Assembly: GCA_963675745.2 (NCBI GenBank)
Contig: CAXXWX010000023.1
Location: 96,001 to 160,000 of the forward strand
Source: Phycisphaerae bacterium
GTDB taxonomy: Bacteria; Planctomycetota; Phycisphaerae; UBA1845; Fen-1342
DNA: 64,000 nt
Direction: 5' to 3'
The notes below the pieces were generated by a model, which saw only the letters and a program-made list of their open reading frames with translations, ran no database searches and was not told the origin of the DNA. Below are positions 1 to 10,759 of this stretch, in pieces (position 1 is the stretch's first letter; each line of letters begins with the position of its first letter). The translations under genes were made by a program, and so were the position numbers.

Positions 1-1777
1 TGTCGCTCGCGATGATCTGCCAGATGCTCTGGACCGGCAAATGGCACCGTCGTTCGGGCTGCATGACCGTGGCCGAGTGGATGACGTTCCGCTTCGGCGA
101 GGGGCAGGGCGCCAGATTCGCCCGTGCCGCCACCGCCATCGTGTTCATCGTCTTCACCGCCGCCATGCTGACCTACCTCGCGGTCGGGACCGGCATGTTC
201 CTCTCCCAGTTCGTCCCCTTCACCCCGTTCCAGTGTTCACTCGTGCTCATCGGCGCCGCCGCCGTCAGTACGGTCATGTCCGGCCTCTACGGCGTAGTGT
301 TCGCCGACCTGTTCCAGTGCGCGCTGATCGTTGTCGGCATCGCCATCGTCGCCATCCTGGCGCTGACGCGCATGGACGACGCGGCGACCTTTGCCCACGT
401 GGCACAGACGGTGACCGGCGCGGCGGAGTGGACCGACTCGTTCCCCAACTGGACGGCCACCGTCCCGGCCGGCTACGAGCAGTACAAACACCTCTTCCTC
501 TACACGATGGTGTTTCTCGTCACTGAACAAGCTCATCATCGGCGGCTTCGGGACCGGCCACGAGCCGCAGTTCTTCGCCGCCCGCAACGAGCGCGAGTGC
601 GGGCTGCTGGCCTGCCTGTGGTCGGTGCTGATGCTCGCCCGCTGGCCGTTCATGATCGCGTTCGCGATCCTGGGCATCTACCTGGTGCAGGGCTTCTTCC
701 CCGACCGCGGGCCAGATCGCCGAAGCCACCGCACTGATCAAGCAGCACGTCCCGGCCGACCCGGCGACCTGGCGTGAAGTCCTCAGCCAGATCAAGCTGC
801 ACCCCCAGGAACACGCGAGCTGGTCGCCTCCCTGCAAAGCGTGCTGGGCGCCGGTTGGGCCGGCAAGCTCGAGCTGCTCAGCTACGAGGGCACCATCAAC
901 GCCGAGCGCATCGTCCCGGTCGTGATCATTCACAACATCCCCGGCGGCGTGCGCGGCCTGATGCTGGTCGCGCTGATGGCCGCTTCGCTGTCGACGTTCA
1001 ACGTGACCGTCAACAAGGCGGCGGCGATGTGGACCAACGACCTGTACCGCGCGTTCATGCGGCCGCAGAGCCGGGACGCGCGAGCTGTTGGGCAGCACGT
1101 ACGTGTTCTGTGCCCTGCTCATCGGCCTGTCGTTTGCCGTCGCCTACGTCGTGCCGACATCAACTCCATCTGGGGCTGGATCACCATGGGGCTGGCCTCC
1201 GGCATGGGCATGCCGCTGCTGCTGCGCTTCTACTGGTGGCGGTTCAACGGGGCCGGGTTCGCCGCGGGGATGTTCGGCGGCCTGATCGCCGCCCTGCTGG
1301 TCATGGCTTACAACACGTACTATCCGGAGCAGGCCCTGAGCGAGGTGACGCAGTTCCTGCTGCTGACACCGATCTCGCTGGTCCTGGCGATCATAGGCAC
1401 TTACCTGGGCCGCCCGACGCCGACGCCGGTGGTCGAGCATTTCTACCAGACTGACGCGGCCGTTCGGGTTCTGGGGGTGACTATCCGCAGCCGACTCGCT
1501 CCGGAGGTGCGCGCCGCGACGCGTCGTGAGCATCGCAACGACCTGATCGCCCTGCCGATCGCGTTCGTGTGGATGGTCACGATGTACCTGGCGCCGATGC
1601 AGTTGATGATTGGCCGGTACGCCGCCGGCGGTATTTCCGCCGCGCTGTTTGCCCTTAGTTGTGCCGGCCTTTATGTGTTCTGGTATCGCAACCTTCCGTC
1701 CCCCACGCCGCGCACAGTATCCGAGCCCGCTTCGGCGGCGCCCCCTGTCACGGAGACAAAGAAAGTCAACACCATGA
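1..1777 (+). CDS. Sodium:solute symporter (SSS family), 5'-truncated at the window edge and broken by multiple frameshifts
   Basis: Hydrophobic TM segments with SSS-like motifs (RRSGCMTVAEWMTFRFG, SGLYGVVFADLFQ, QFFAARNERE, GVRGLMLVALMAASLST, LRFYWWRFNG) are spread over alternating frames. Shifts occur near 523, 711, 816, 1075 and 1150. Confidence 0.8.
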
Positions 1778-2783
1778 GGCTGCAGCGCTACGAAGGCAAC
1801 CCGATCCTGAAACCAAATCCGGACCATCCCTGGGAGTCCATGGTCACAACCAACCCCGGGGCCTGGTACGACCGTGAGCGGCGTGAAGTGCTGCTGCTTT
1901 ACCGGGCGGCGGGTTTCGACGAGCAGCATGTCATTCGGCTCGGGCTGGCCCGCAGTAGCGACGGCCGCCACTTCGAGCGGGAGCCCGAGCCCGTCTTTGG
2001 ACCGAGCCGCGACGGGTTCGACGCCGGCTGCGTGGAAGACCCGCGCATCACCAAGATGGGCGACTACTTCTACATCACGTATGCAAGCCGCCCGTTCCCC
2101 CGGGGCAGTATTGGCTGAACGACCACGCCCCCTACCGCCTGCCGAAGTGCCCGCCCGAGTTCCCGCAGCGCCTGCGCACGAATGCCACCGCCACGGGGCT
2201 CGCGCTCACGCGCAACTTCAAGACCTTCATCCGGGCCGGCCGGATCACCGATGCGCTGGTCGACGATCGTGATGCGATCCTGTTCCCTGAGCGGATCGAC
2301 GGCGAGTTCTGGATGCTGCACCGCCCGATGGAGTGGCTGGGGCGCGGATTCGGTACGGAGCATCCCGCGATCTGGATCGCCCACGGCCGGGATATGCTAA
2401 GCATGCGTGACACACGCCTGCTCTGCACGGCCCAGCAGCCCTGGGAGCGCAAGCTCGGGGCCAACACGCCCCCGTTACGTACCGAATACGGCTGGCTGAC
2501 CCTCTACCATGCCGTTGGACCCGACGGTCTTTATCGCCTCGGTGCCCTGCTGCTGAAGCTGGATGAGCCGGCCCGCGTGCTGCATCGCACGCCGGAATGG
2601 CTCTTGCAGCCTGAGATGGAATACGAGATCGACGGCATGTACGCCGGCTGCGTGTTTCCGTGCGGGAAAGTCGTGATCGACGGCGTTCTGCATGTCTACT
2701 ACGGGGCCGCGGACCGCTTCGTCGGTCTGGCAACCTGCCCGCTCGATGAGCTGCTGAAGTACCTCCGCACTTGTCCCGCGTGA
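1774..2783 (+). CDS. GH130-like glycoside phosphorylase/glycosidase (beta-propeller), frameshifted near 2100
   Basis: MRLQRYEGNPIL...TNPGA...LLYRA...GCVEDPRIT; continues in another frame as DRDAILFPERIDGEFWMLHRP...GWLTLYH...CVFPCG...VYYGAAD. Confidence 0.85.
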
Positions 2784-2894
2784 ACTGGCGGCACGCCGGT
2801 CCGCGGCAGCTCACTGCGGGCAGCCGCCGAGAATGCTGATCGTGCCAACCGAACTGGTGTTCGCGCGCGGTACAATAGAAACGCACATCGTCTT

Positions 2895-4019
2895 GTGGCC
2901 GAAAGTAGGGAGGAAACGCCGATGAGCCTGGGGAACGAAAGCCCGTCTTTGCCGGAAACGGGAGCGTCGAGGCTATGCGCGTCGCCGCGCGCAGCCGGTT
3001 TCACCATGGTCGAACTCGCCGTGACAGCGGCCTGTCTGGCCCTGCTGGCATCGGCTCTGCTGGCTGTGCCACGCACACTACAGAACTGGTCCAGGCACGG
3101 TGGCTGTCTGAACCACCTGCGAAGTCTCGGAGCAGCCGCGCAGTCGTTCGCTTCGGAACACGACGGCCGGCTTCAACTCGCGGCCGACCAGCTTGGTGTT
3201 GATATCGCCGATCCGAACCGGGAGCTGTTTGCCTACGGCGGCGGAGAGCTGCTCGCCTGGCCGGTGGTCCTGGCACAGTCAGCCGGGCTTGGCTATGAGT
3301 ACAACTGGGATTGGGGCGTGCGGGCAAACTCGTTCGCGCAGGCACTCGAACGACAGGCATTCATGGCTGATGACTTCAGTATCGCAACCTGCCCGGCCGA
3401 CACGGTCAAGACCTCAACGCCGTACTTCCCGCGCGGCAGCGGTCTGCACGGCAACGGTGACCCGGACTACCCCGTAGCCCCGACAGTCTCGACCGCCTAC
3501 TGGGGCAGACTGAGCTATGCGGTCAACGAGGACATCGTCGGTATCGAATCGCAGGATGGCCCGGCGTGGCCGGCGTGTTGGAGAACGGTGGCGTGTGCGG
3601 ACGATTGGTGCGAATGCCTGGGCGGGTATGCGTATGGACCGTCGAGCCCATGCTTCGGTGACCATGGCTCGCGCCTGCGCGGGCGCTTGGACGACGTTTA
3701 CGAACCCGAGTCGGTCGCCTTGTTCGTCGAGGCGGGGCCGAACAACGGCGCCGATCTCGATCCGCCCGGCATCGCGGCGGACTACGCCAATCTGATCCCC
3801 AGCATCTACGCCCACGGTCCCGGCCTGGCAGACGCGCAGCAGCAGCATCCGGCGCGCATACCCACCAACCGGCACCCCGGCGGTCGCATAAACGTCCTTT
3901 TCGCTGATTTCCACGCCCGGCCGGTGCATCCGATCGAGTACGATGCCGACAGCGGTCTGCCCTCGACATACCGCCCGCGCGTGCGCGTGTCGCCATATGA
4001 CCCGCACGGGATGTTCTGA
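2895..4019 (+). CDS. Prepilin-type N-terminal cleavage/methylation protein with C-terminal H-X9-DG-like motif (DUF1559-like planctomycete family)
   Basis: GFTMVELAV N-methylation site, CLNHLRSLG, CPAD, SYAVNE, RHPGGRINVLFADFH. Confidence 0.8.
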   Translation: MAESREETPMSLGNESPSLPETGASRLCASPRAAGFTMVELAVTAACLALLASALLAVPRTLQNWSRHGGCLNHLRSLGAAAQSFASEHDGRLQLAADQLGVDIADPNRELFAYGGGELLAWPVVLAQSAGLGYEYNWDWGVRANSFAQALERQAFMADDFSIATCPADTVKTSTPYFPRGSGLHGNGDPDYPVAPTVSTAYWGRLSYAVNEDIVGIESQDGPAWPACWRTVACADDWCECLGGYAYGPSSPCFGDHGSRLRGRLDDVYEPESVALFVEAGPNNGADLDPPGIAADYANLIPSIYAHGPGLADAQQQHPARIPTNRHPGGRINVLFADFHARPVHPIEYDADSGLPSTYRPRVRVSPYDPHGMF

Positions 4020-4135
4020 AAACAACCGTGCGCGTGCATCGTCCAAACGGGAATGTGAACTTCGACGAGCAAGCCCCGAGGGGGCCATGTCGCCCTGTTG
4101 CCGGCCGACGTGGCGCCCGTCACTCTGCGTGGCAG

Positions 4136-4801
4136 TTATCGCCGCCGGCGCCACACGAGGGCGGCAACTCCCAGCGCCAGCATGCCGAGCGTCCCCGGTT
4201 CGGGCATGAGCACTACGTTGTCCAGCCCACTGGTGTCGCCTTCCAGCCCTTCACGAAACTCGGCCGAGATCACCAACCCATCCAAGGCCGTGAGAACCGC
4301 GATCATCTGCGTGTGCGTCGGGGGCTGTAACGTATCGGGGTCAAACCAGCCGGCGGTCTCGGTCATCCACAGCGTATGGGAGTGCCAGGCGGGGTACGTG
4401 GTGGCCGGGGCGTCAAACGTACAGACAAACTGATGGCCCGCGCCTTCGATACCCACCCAGCCGGCCATATTGGGGTCGGGCATGTTGTACGCCGCGATGT
4501 CAAACGTCAACGCCTGACCGTACGCATCGAGTACATAGTGAAGGAACTTGTCGGGTGCGGAAAACCCCCAAGCGCCGTTGTCCGGATCGGTAGCGTAGAT
4601 CAGCCCATCCGGGTTGCCACCGGTGGACGAGTACATTGGCGCCCCGACGTATCCCTGCGTCGTGCGGATCAGCCAACCTTCGTCGTCGGTGTCAAACGTG
4701 CTGACCGCGACGGGGTCGGCGATCACCGTGGGCGTGATGAGCAGCGCCCCCATAAAACCAATCGCTAGCAACAACGGCATGTAGTGACAAGATGTGCGCA
4801 T
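4136..4801 (-). CDS. PEP-CTERM sorting-domain secreted protein (laminin-B-like STFDTDDEGW domain)
   Basis: Signal peptide; C-terminal MPEPGTLGMLALGVAALVWRRRR; GGAGG upstream of ATG 4801. Confidence 0.85.
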   Translation of the reverse strand: MRTSCHYMPLLLAIGFMGALLITPTVIADPVAVSTFDTDDEGWLIRTTQGYVGAPMYSSTGGNPDGLIYATDPDNGAWGFSAPDKFLHYVLDAYGQALTFDIAAYNMPDPNMAGWVGIEGAGHQFVCTFDAPATTYPAWHSHTLWMTETAGWFDPDTLQPPTHTQMIAVLTALDGLVISAEFREGLEGDTSGLDNVVLMPEPGTLGMLALGVAALVWRRRR

Positions 4802-5324
4802 TCCCTCTTCCTCCTGTGCCACCTTGAGATGAAATGCAAACGGCGCGAGCAACCACGCCATTGTAAGAGGACACCCTCTCCCCCTGCCCCTCTTCCGACA
4901 TCATACACGATACGCTGACTCGACATCAAGACGCACGCCTCCCGGTGGCGCTTAATCGGGGTGACCATTCCTGGTAACGCAGCGGCAGCGGCGCGCCCCG
5001 ACCTGCACGGCTGTCACGCGCCTCGGGGGGGCGACCGGGGGCGCACAGTTGCCGTCTTCCCGGAATCCGTTCCCCAACTTCCGGAAACCAAGAAACCGGA
5101 CTCGCAGGATCGTCTATGAACGAGAGTAATTCTAGGTGGTGTCCGCCGTCCGTGGCTGCCGGCGCACGGACAGCTTTGGTAAAATGCCCATGGCGAAAGC
5201 GGTCAAGGGGAAACCGTCATCATGATGGTTACACATCGCCGCTCACTCGCCGGCAAATGAGTGGTCGTATCAGCACAGGCGGCCGCTGATGGGCGGGCCT
5301 TGCCTTGATTGGGAGGATACCAAC

Positions 5325-7220
5325 ATGTCAGAACTCGAGCGGCACACACGTCTGTCTGCGCCCGCGCGCGGCAAATGGCAGACCCGTCGAACCGTACAGG
5401 AACGCCAGTCGTGGCGTTGGATCTTACCGGTCGCCGGCCTGCTATCGGTGATCTGGGTTCTCGTCCGCGTGGTGCCCAAGCCGGCGCGCGCCGCGTATCC
5501 GTGCCAGCGCGTCGCGATGCCGCTGGCAGCCAGTTTTGTAGTGTGGCTGGCGGGAGGGCTCGGTATTGTTGCGCTGGCCCGGAAAGTGCAGGCGTTGTTG
5601 CGCGGCGCGCGGATCGACCGCGTTCTCGGCTCACTGGGACTGGCCGCGCTGGCCGCGGCCATCATGATCTTCCACATTCCGCCGCGCATAAGCTCCGCCA
5701 GCAGTGGACTGCCTCCCAACGCGCCGATGGGCGTGGCACGCGGCATCCACCCCGGCCGCGTTGTCTGGGTGCATGATCCAACCGCCACCGATTGGGAAGG
5801 CACCGACGACGATGGCAATGATATCGGTGACGGCTATTGGTGGCAGAGCGAGCACACCGACCAGGATGTCGTCGATAACATGTTCAGCCGCGCTGTCCGG
5901 GCGCTGGCCGGTGAAGGCACCACCACCGACGCGTGGGACGCCATCTTCCGGCACTTCAACATCGAGCACGGCAAAGGTGACGTCGGCTATCAGCCCGGCG
6001 AGAAGATCACGGTCAAGGTCAACCTGATTACTACGCAGCCCTCCGTCAACTGGTCAACCGGCGAGCAGACCGGGATGCTCGGCTTTGTAAACACGTCGCC
6101 GCAGATGATCCTGGCGTTGCTGCGCCAACTGGTGTACGTCGCCAATGTCGATCAGGCGGACATCACCGTTGGCGACCCCCTGGACTGGTTCCCCAATCAC
6201 TACTGGGATCACTGCCACACCGAGTTTCCAGACGTGCACTACGTGCAAGCCCTCGCCCGATGGGGACGCTACGGCGTTGTCTCGTCGGAGGGCACGCCGT
6301 ACGAGACGCGTATTCACTGGAGCACCAGCGACGCCGACGGAAAGATACCTGACTACCTGCCCGTCAGCTACGCCGAAGCCGCGTACATGATCAACTTCGC
6401 CTGCCTGAAGGGGCACGGCAGCGGCATAACACTGTGCGCGAAGAACCACTACGGCTCGCTCGGATACCGCCAGCCACCCGCGGCCGGTTACTATGACCTG
6501 CACGCGAGTCTGGCGCGCTCAAACCCAGGCATGGGGCACTACCGCGCACACGTCGACATTACGGGGCATTCCCATCTGGGCGGCAAGACGGTGCTGTATC
6601 TGATCGACGGTCTCTACGCCGGCTATTACTGGGAAGGCCACCCCTACAAGTGGGCGTTGCCGCCCTTCGGCGACGGACAGGGCGGGACCGATTGGCCGTC
6701 AAGCCTGTTTGCATCACTCGATCCCGTGGCTATCGATTCCGTCGCCTATGACTTCCTTCTGTCCGAGTGGCCGGACGTGGTCACCGGCGGCGGCGGGACG
6801 CCCGGGTGCATGGCTGGTGGGGAGGAAGACTACCTGCACGAGGGGGCGCTGGCCAACGATCCGCCCTCAGGGACATTCTACGACCCGGATGGTTCCCGGA
6901 TGGGGCTTTCCAGCCTCGGTGTGCACGAACACTGGGACAACAGTCTCGATAAGCAATACACGCGTAATCTGGGTACCGGCGACGGCATCGAACTCCTGGC
7001 CGTCAACGCGCCGCACGACGGTGACTTTGACCACGACGGGGCGGTATCGCTCGGCGACTTCATTACACACATCGACTGTCTGGCCGGGCCGGCGACATCG
7101 CCCGCCCCGACAGATCCCGTAACACCCGCAGAGTGCCTGGCCACCTTCGACTTCGACTTCGATACCGACGTCGATACGGTCGATTACGCGGCATTTCAGC
7201 CGACGTTCACAGGACAATAG
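5325..7220 (+). CDS. DUF362-domain protein with C-terminal dockerin-like tag
   Basis: RVVPKPARAAYPCQR, GIHPGRVVWVHDP, INFACLKGH, GITLCAKNHYG, DPVAIDSV; C-terminal GDFDHDGAVSLGD...DFDFDTDVDTVD; GGAGG before ATG 5325. Confidence 0.75.
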   Translation: MSELERHTRLSAPARGKWQTRRTVQERQSWRWILPVAGLLSVIWVLVRVVPKPARAAYPCQRVAMPLAASFVVWLAGGLGIVALARKVQALLRGARIDRVLGSLGLAALAAAIMIFHIPPRISSASSGLPPNAPMGVARGIHPGRVVWVHDPTATDWEGTDDDGNDIGDGYWWQSEHTDQDVVDNMFSRAVRALAGEGTTTDAWDAIFRHFNIEHGKGDVGYQPGEKITVKVNLITTQPSVNWSTGEQTGMLGFVNTSPQMILALLRQLVYVANVDQADITVGDPLDWFPNHYWDHCHTEFPDVHYVQALARWGRYGVVSSEGTPYETRIHWSTSDADGKIPDYLPVSYAEAAYMINFACLKGHGSGITLCAKNHYGSLGYRQPPAAGYYDLHASLARSNPGMGHYRAHVDITGHSHLGGKTVLYLIDGLYAGYYWEGHPYKWALPPFGDGQGGTDWPSSLFASLDPVAIDSVAYDFLLSEWPDVVTGGGGTPGCMAGGEEDYLHEGALANDPPSGTFYDPDGSRMGLSSLGVHEHWDNSLDKQYTRNLGTGDGIELLAVNAPHDGDFDHDGAVSLGDFITHIDCLAGPATSPAPTDPVTPAECLATFDFDFDTDVDTVDYAAFQPTFTGQ

Positions 7221-7456
7221 GAGGCGAACCGGCCGACGGGCTGCGCCTTGGTAAGCCTCGTGAACCAGCGTCACAGGGGTGAATCCCGGATGTCTGCTAC
7301 GCTGTGTGCTGAGCGTTGATCGGCTTACCATGAACAGGGCTGACCGGCGACCGGATCACAGGGTAAGCCGGAGGTACGGGAAGCACAGTTGCGGGGTGCC
7401 CTCCCATATAATGGAGGAACGCCGCCCGGCGGTGGAGCCGAGCGGGGCCATGTGGG

Positions 7457-8635
7457 ATGCCTCGGATGAAAGGAGCAGTGACGCTTTCCGGCACCTTCCG
7501 CATTTGCGAGCGCATCGCGCCGGTCGCCGTGCTCATACTCCTAGCGCTCTGCGCGGGATGCACCAACGTCAAGTATCGAGTCAGCGCCGCGCCGCCTGCC
7601 TACCGCGGGCTCCTGTGGCGCTTCCGATCACCCTCCTTTGGAGTACACACCGCCCGCTTCTCGCCTGACGGGCGTTACATCCTGGTACGCGGCTCATACG
7701 CCTGCCGGGTGCTGGAGACCGATTCCGGCTCTGTCGTCAGCGTGTTTGAGAACAAGCGGGAAATCCTCCGGCCACTCGACTGCATTGTCAGCATCCCGGC
7801 CGTGATCGGCCTGACGTTGCTCGGGCCGATACGCACGCCCCGCGGGCCCATCGACGACTCGCCGACCGGACCGAGACCCCCAGTGAAGATACGTCCGTCG
7901 CCCGAACGCGCGCTGCTCACCTGGGCAGGCGATTCACGGCGGGCTTTCTACATTGACATAACCAGACGCCTGCAAACCCGAGATGTGGAAACCGGTCGAC
8001 GCGTGGCGGAAGATCGGGAAGTGGCCCTCGACCGGCAACGCCACGTGCTTGCGATATCCCCAGACGGGGAGGTCCTGGTGATCCGCACCAACCATCGAAA
8101 GACAGTGGAGTTGCGCTGTGAGTGTCGGGGATGGACACGTGAGTATCCGAGGCCAGCTCGTATCGCGTTCGCGGCGTACAAACCAGTGATGGCGATATCC
8201 CAATCAGACGGCGATGTCGACCTGATCGACTGCCGCACGGGCGCCAGAACCGCGTCCTTCGAATCCAAGCCGACCCGCCAAGTGCGGCTCAGCGACGATG
8301 CGGCCTTCCTTCTCATGGACCATGCGGACCGCACAACCCTGGTCGATACGGCAACGGGCCGCGTACTCAGCGAGATCAAACCGCCGGACCTTGGCCTGGG
8401 TGTGTTCTGTGGATGGTCAAGTCGCAATAGACAGGCCGTGTATTGCTCGATATCGCCCTCTGAAGATGAACGGCCGCCGCACGAGGCCGTCATCGTTGAC
8501 CTTATGACCGGGCAATTGACCCATCGTGCCAAGCTTGCCGTCGGGGAAGTCGTGACGGGTCTCTCGCCGGACGGCCGGCTGATCTTAGCGAGGCGGTGGA
8601 ACTCGCACGTATCGCTGTACAAGATCGACGATTGA
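7457..8635 (+). CDS. WD40-like beta-propeller lipoprotein
   Basis: Lipobox CAGC after a hydrophobic stretch; repeated FSPDG/ISPDG/LSPDG and D..TG blade motifs. Confidence 0.7.
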   Translation: MPRMKGAVTLSGTFRICERIAPVAVLILLALCAGCTNVKYRVSAAPPAYRGLLWRFRSPSFGVHTARFSPDGRYILVRGSYACRVLETDSGSVVSVFENKREILRPLDCIVSIPAVIGLTLLGPIRTPRGPIDDSPTGPRPPVKIRPSPERALLTWAGDSRRAFYIDITRRLQTRDVETGRRVAEDREVALDRQRHVLAISPDGEVLVIRTNHRKTVELRCECRGWTREYPRPARIAFAAYKPVMAISQSDGDVDLIDCRTGARTASFESKPTRQVRLSDDAAFLLMDHADRTTLVDTATGRVLSEIKPPDLGLGVFCGWSSRNRQAVYCSISPSEDERPPHEAVIVDLMTGQLTHRAKLAVGEVVTGLSPDGRLILARRWNSHVSLYKIDD

Positions 8636-8767
8636 TGCGCATCTTGAGTGGGCCACGATTCTGATGTGTATTCGGTCGCACTGCCTGCGGCGACAGTCGG
8701 GGGCGCGTATAATTGTCCTCGAATGGGCCACAACCGCGTTCGCGTTCAACAACATAGGGGTCTACAG

Positions 8768-10732
8768 ATGCGGAAGGCGACGACCTGCGCACTACGTGCC
8801 ACGAATCTGGCGGCGTTTGCCCTCACACTGCTTTTGATGCTCTTCGTCCGCGGCTGCGCGCTGGCCGATGACGGCGCGCTCCAGGAAAACGAGCCGACCG
8901 CCCCGGACAATGACGCGCAGATCGTCGACCTGGCGCGCGAGATCGAAGAGGCCGACATCGTCAAGGTCGAGGCCGGGTTGTTCTACATCGTCAATCCCTA
9001 CAAGGGTCTGATGATCATCGATGCCAGCGCGCCGGCGCAGCCTGTGCTGCTTGGCCGCCAGGCCCTGGGAGGTCGCGGCGTGGAGATGTTCCTGCGCGAG
9101 ACGACCGCGCTCGTATTCACGACCGCCGACTTTTTCCTCTGCGCCGGGCGCCGCGTCGGCTTCGACGAGTCCGACTTCGATCAGACCGTTCGCCCCGACT
9201 ACGCGGGCAGCCGATTATGGGCCATCGATATCAGCGTGCCGGCCGAGCCGACGGTCCTCGGCACCGTGGACTTCGACGGCTTCGTGAACGCCACTCGGCG
9301 CGTGGGCGACGTGGTCTACGCCGCCGGCGCTTACGCCGACTACATCGCGCGCGAAGCGGACGACGACGGCGCGCATGGCGACGATGCTGACGCGAACGAG
9401 CCGGGCGACGGCGCCTGCCCTGAGATCTGGGCGCCGGTGTGCGGCACCGATGGTCAAACATACCCGAACGACTGTTTCGCGCGGCAGGCGGGCGTTGATA
9501 TCGCCTACCAGGGCGCGTGCGATGATGTGCTGTGGACCTACGACCCCACGGCGGCCGTCAACACGGGCGTCTTTGTGACTTCGATTGACATCTCCGATCC
9601 GCCCAACGCGGTTGCCGTCGAGACCGAACGGTTTGCGGGGACCGCTCTCGATATTCACGTCAGCGAATCAGCGCTCTACGTACTCGGTGACGATACGTCC
9701 GACGTCAGCACGACGTTGGTCACCTATGTCGATATCAGCGACCCCGCCGGCAACATCATCCCGCGCGACCAGTTCCGCGTCCCCGGCCATGTCCAGAGCC
9801 GCTTCTTCGTGGATGAACATGAAGACGTCTTTCGCATCATCACCGAGGATTTTGACTCGCGCGACTTCGTATCCCGCGTGCGCCTGTACACCTATGACGT
9901 CGCCGATCCCAACGATGTCGTTCGTCGCGCCGATCCCGTGACGATTATCACCGGCGAATCGCTGCGGGCCGTGCGATTCGACGGCCCGCGCGGATACGCG
10001 GTCACCTTCCTCCAGACCGATCCCCTTTTCGTGCTCGATCTGAGCAATCCCGATCTGCCGGTTGTCGCCGGCGAACTGGAAGTCCCCGGCTTCAGCACCC
10101 ACCTGGTGCCACTCGGAACACGGCTTGTCGGCGTGGGCTTCGATGACACTGACGGCGCCAGGCCCGCCGTGGCGCTGTACGACGTGAGCGACGCGGCCAA
10201 CCCGACGCAGTTGTCCCGCATCGTCGTCGGGCAGGAGGGCAGCTACGGCGTTACGTCGGCGGCAACTGTGGATGAGAAGGCTCTCAAGGTCTTGCCGGAC
10301 GCAGGCATTATTCTGCTCCCCTTCGCCGAGTACGACCCCAATTCCGGCGACTATCGCGACTCCCTTCAGATCATAGGATTGGGCGAGGACACGCTCGGCG
10401 CGCACGGCGTCATCACGCACCGGGGGCTGATTCGCCGCGCCGGCTTGATCGACGGCGCGCTGTGGGTGTTGTCCGATCTCGCGTTCCAAACGGTGGATAT
10501 CACCGATGCGGACGCGCCGCTGACACTCACACAACTGGACCTGGCGACTGAACAGGAACTGCTCGATGCGGGCCTGATGGACTGCGTGGACTCGGCACGC
10601 TGGTCCGGCACGTCATTGTGGTTCGGCGCGCCACAGTTCTGCATGCTGACGGCTACGTCAATGCTGGCGCTCACCGTCGTGGGCCTGGTGCGGACACGTC
10701 CGAGCACCCGCCCCGCGCGCCGTCTCCGTTAA
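8768..10732 (+). CDS. Secreted beta-propeller-domain protein (Beta_propel-like) with inserted Kazal domain and Cys-containing C-terminal TM tail
   Basis: EEADIVK, GESLRAVRFDG, YAVTFLQTDPLFVLDL, GELEVPGFSTHL; Kazal at 9416-9520; C-terminal C-hydrophobic-basic tail. Confidence 0.8.
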   Translation: MRKATTCALRATNLAAFALTLLLMLFVRGCALADDGALQENEPTAPDNDAQIVDLAREIEEADIVKVEAGLFYIVNPYKGLMIIDASAPAQPVLLGRQALGGRGVEMFLRETTALVFTTADFFLCAGRRVGFDESDFDQTVRPDYAGSRLWAIDISVPAEPTVLGTVDFDGFVNATRRVGDVVYAAGAYADYIAREADDDGAHGDDADANEPGDGACPEIWAPVCGTDGQTYPNDCFARQAGVDIAYQGACDDVLWTYDPTAAVNTGVFVTSIDISDPPNAVAVETERFAGTALDIHVSESALYVLGDDTSDVSTTLVTYVDISDPAGNIIPRDQFRVPGHVQSRFFVDEHEDVFRIITEDFDSRDFVSRVRLYTYDVADPNDVVRRADPVTIITGESLRAVRFDGPRGYAVTFLQTDPLFVLDLSNPDLPVVAGELEVPGFSTHLVPLGTRLVGVGFDDTDGARPAVALYDVSDAANPTQLSRIVVGQEGSYGVTSAATVDEKALKVLPDAGIILLPFAEYDPNSGDYRDSLQIIGLGEDTLGAHGVITHRGLIRRAGLIDGALWVLSDLAFQTVDITDADAPLTLTQLDLATEQELLDAGLMDCVDSARWSGTSLWFGAPQFCMLTATSMLALTVVGLVRTRPSTRPARRLR

Positions 10733-10759
10733 CGGCCGGTGCGTCACTTCGCGCTCGCT

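Noticed and set aside
841..2118. Apparent symporter-GH130 fusion ORF
   Set aside because: The GH130 ATG (1774) overlaps a TGA (ATGA, 1775-1777) typical of coupled genes, and the region is indel-ridden, so the fusion is probably an artefact
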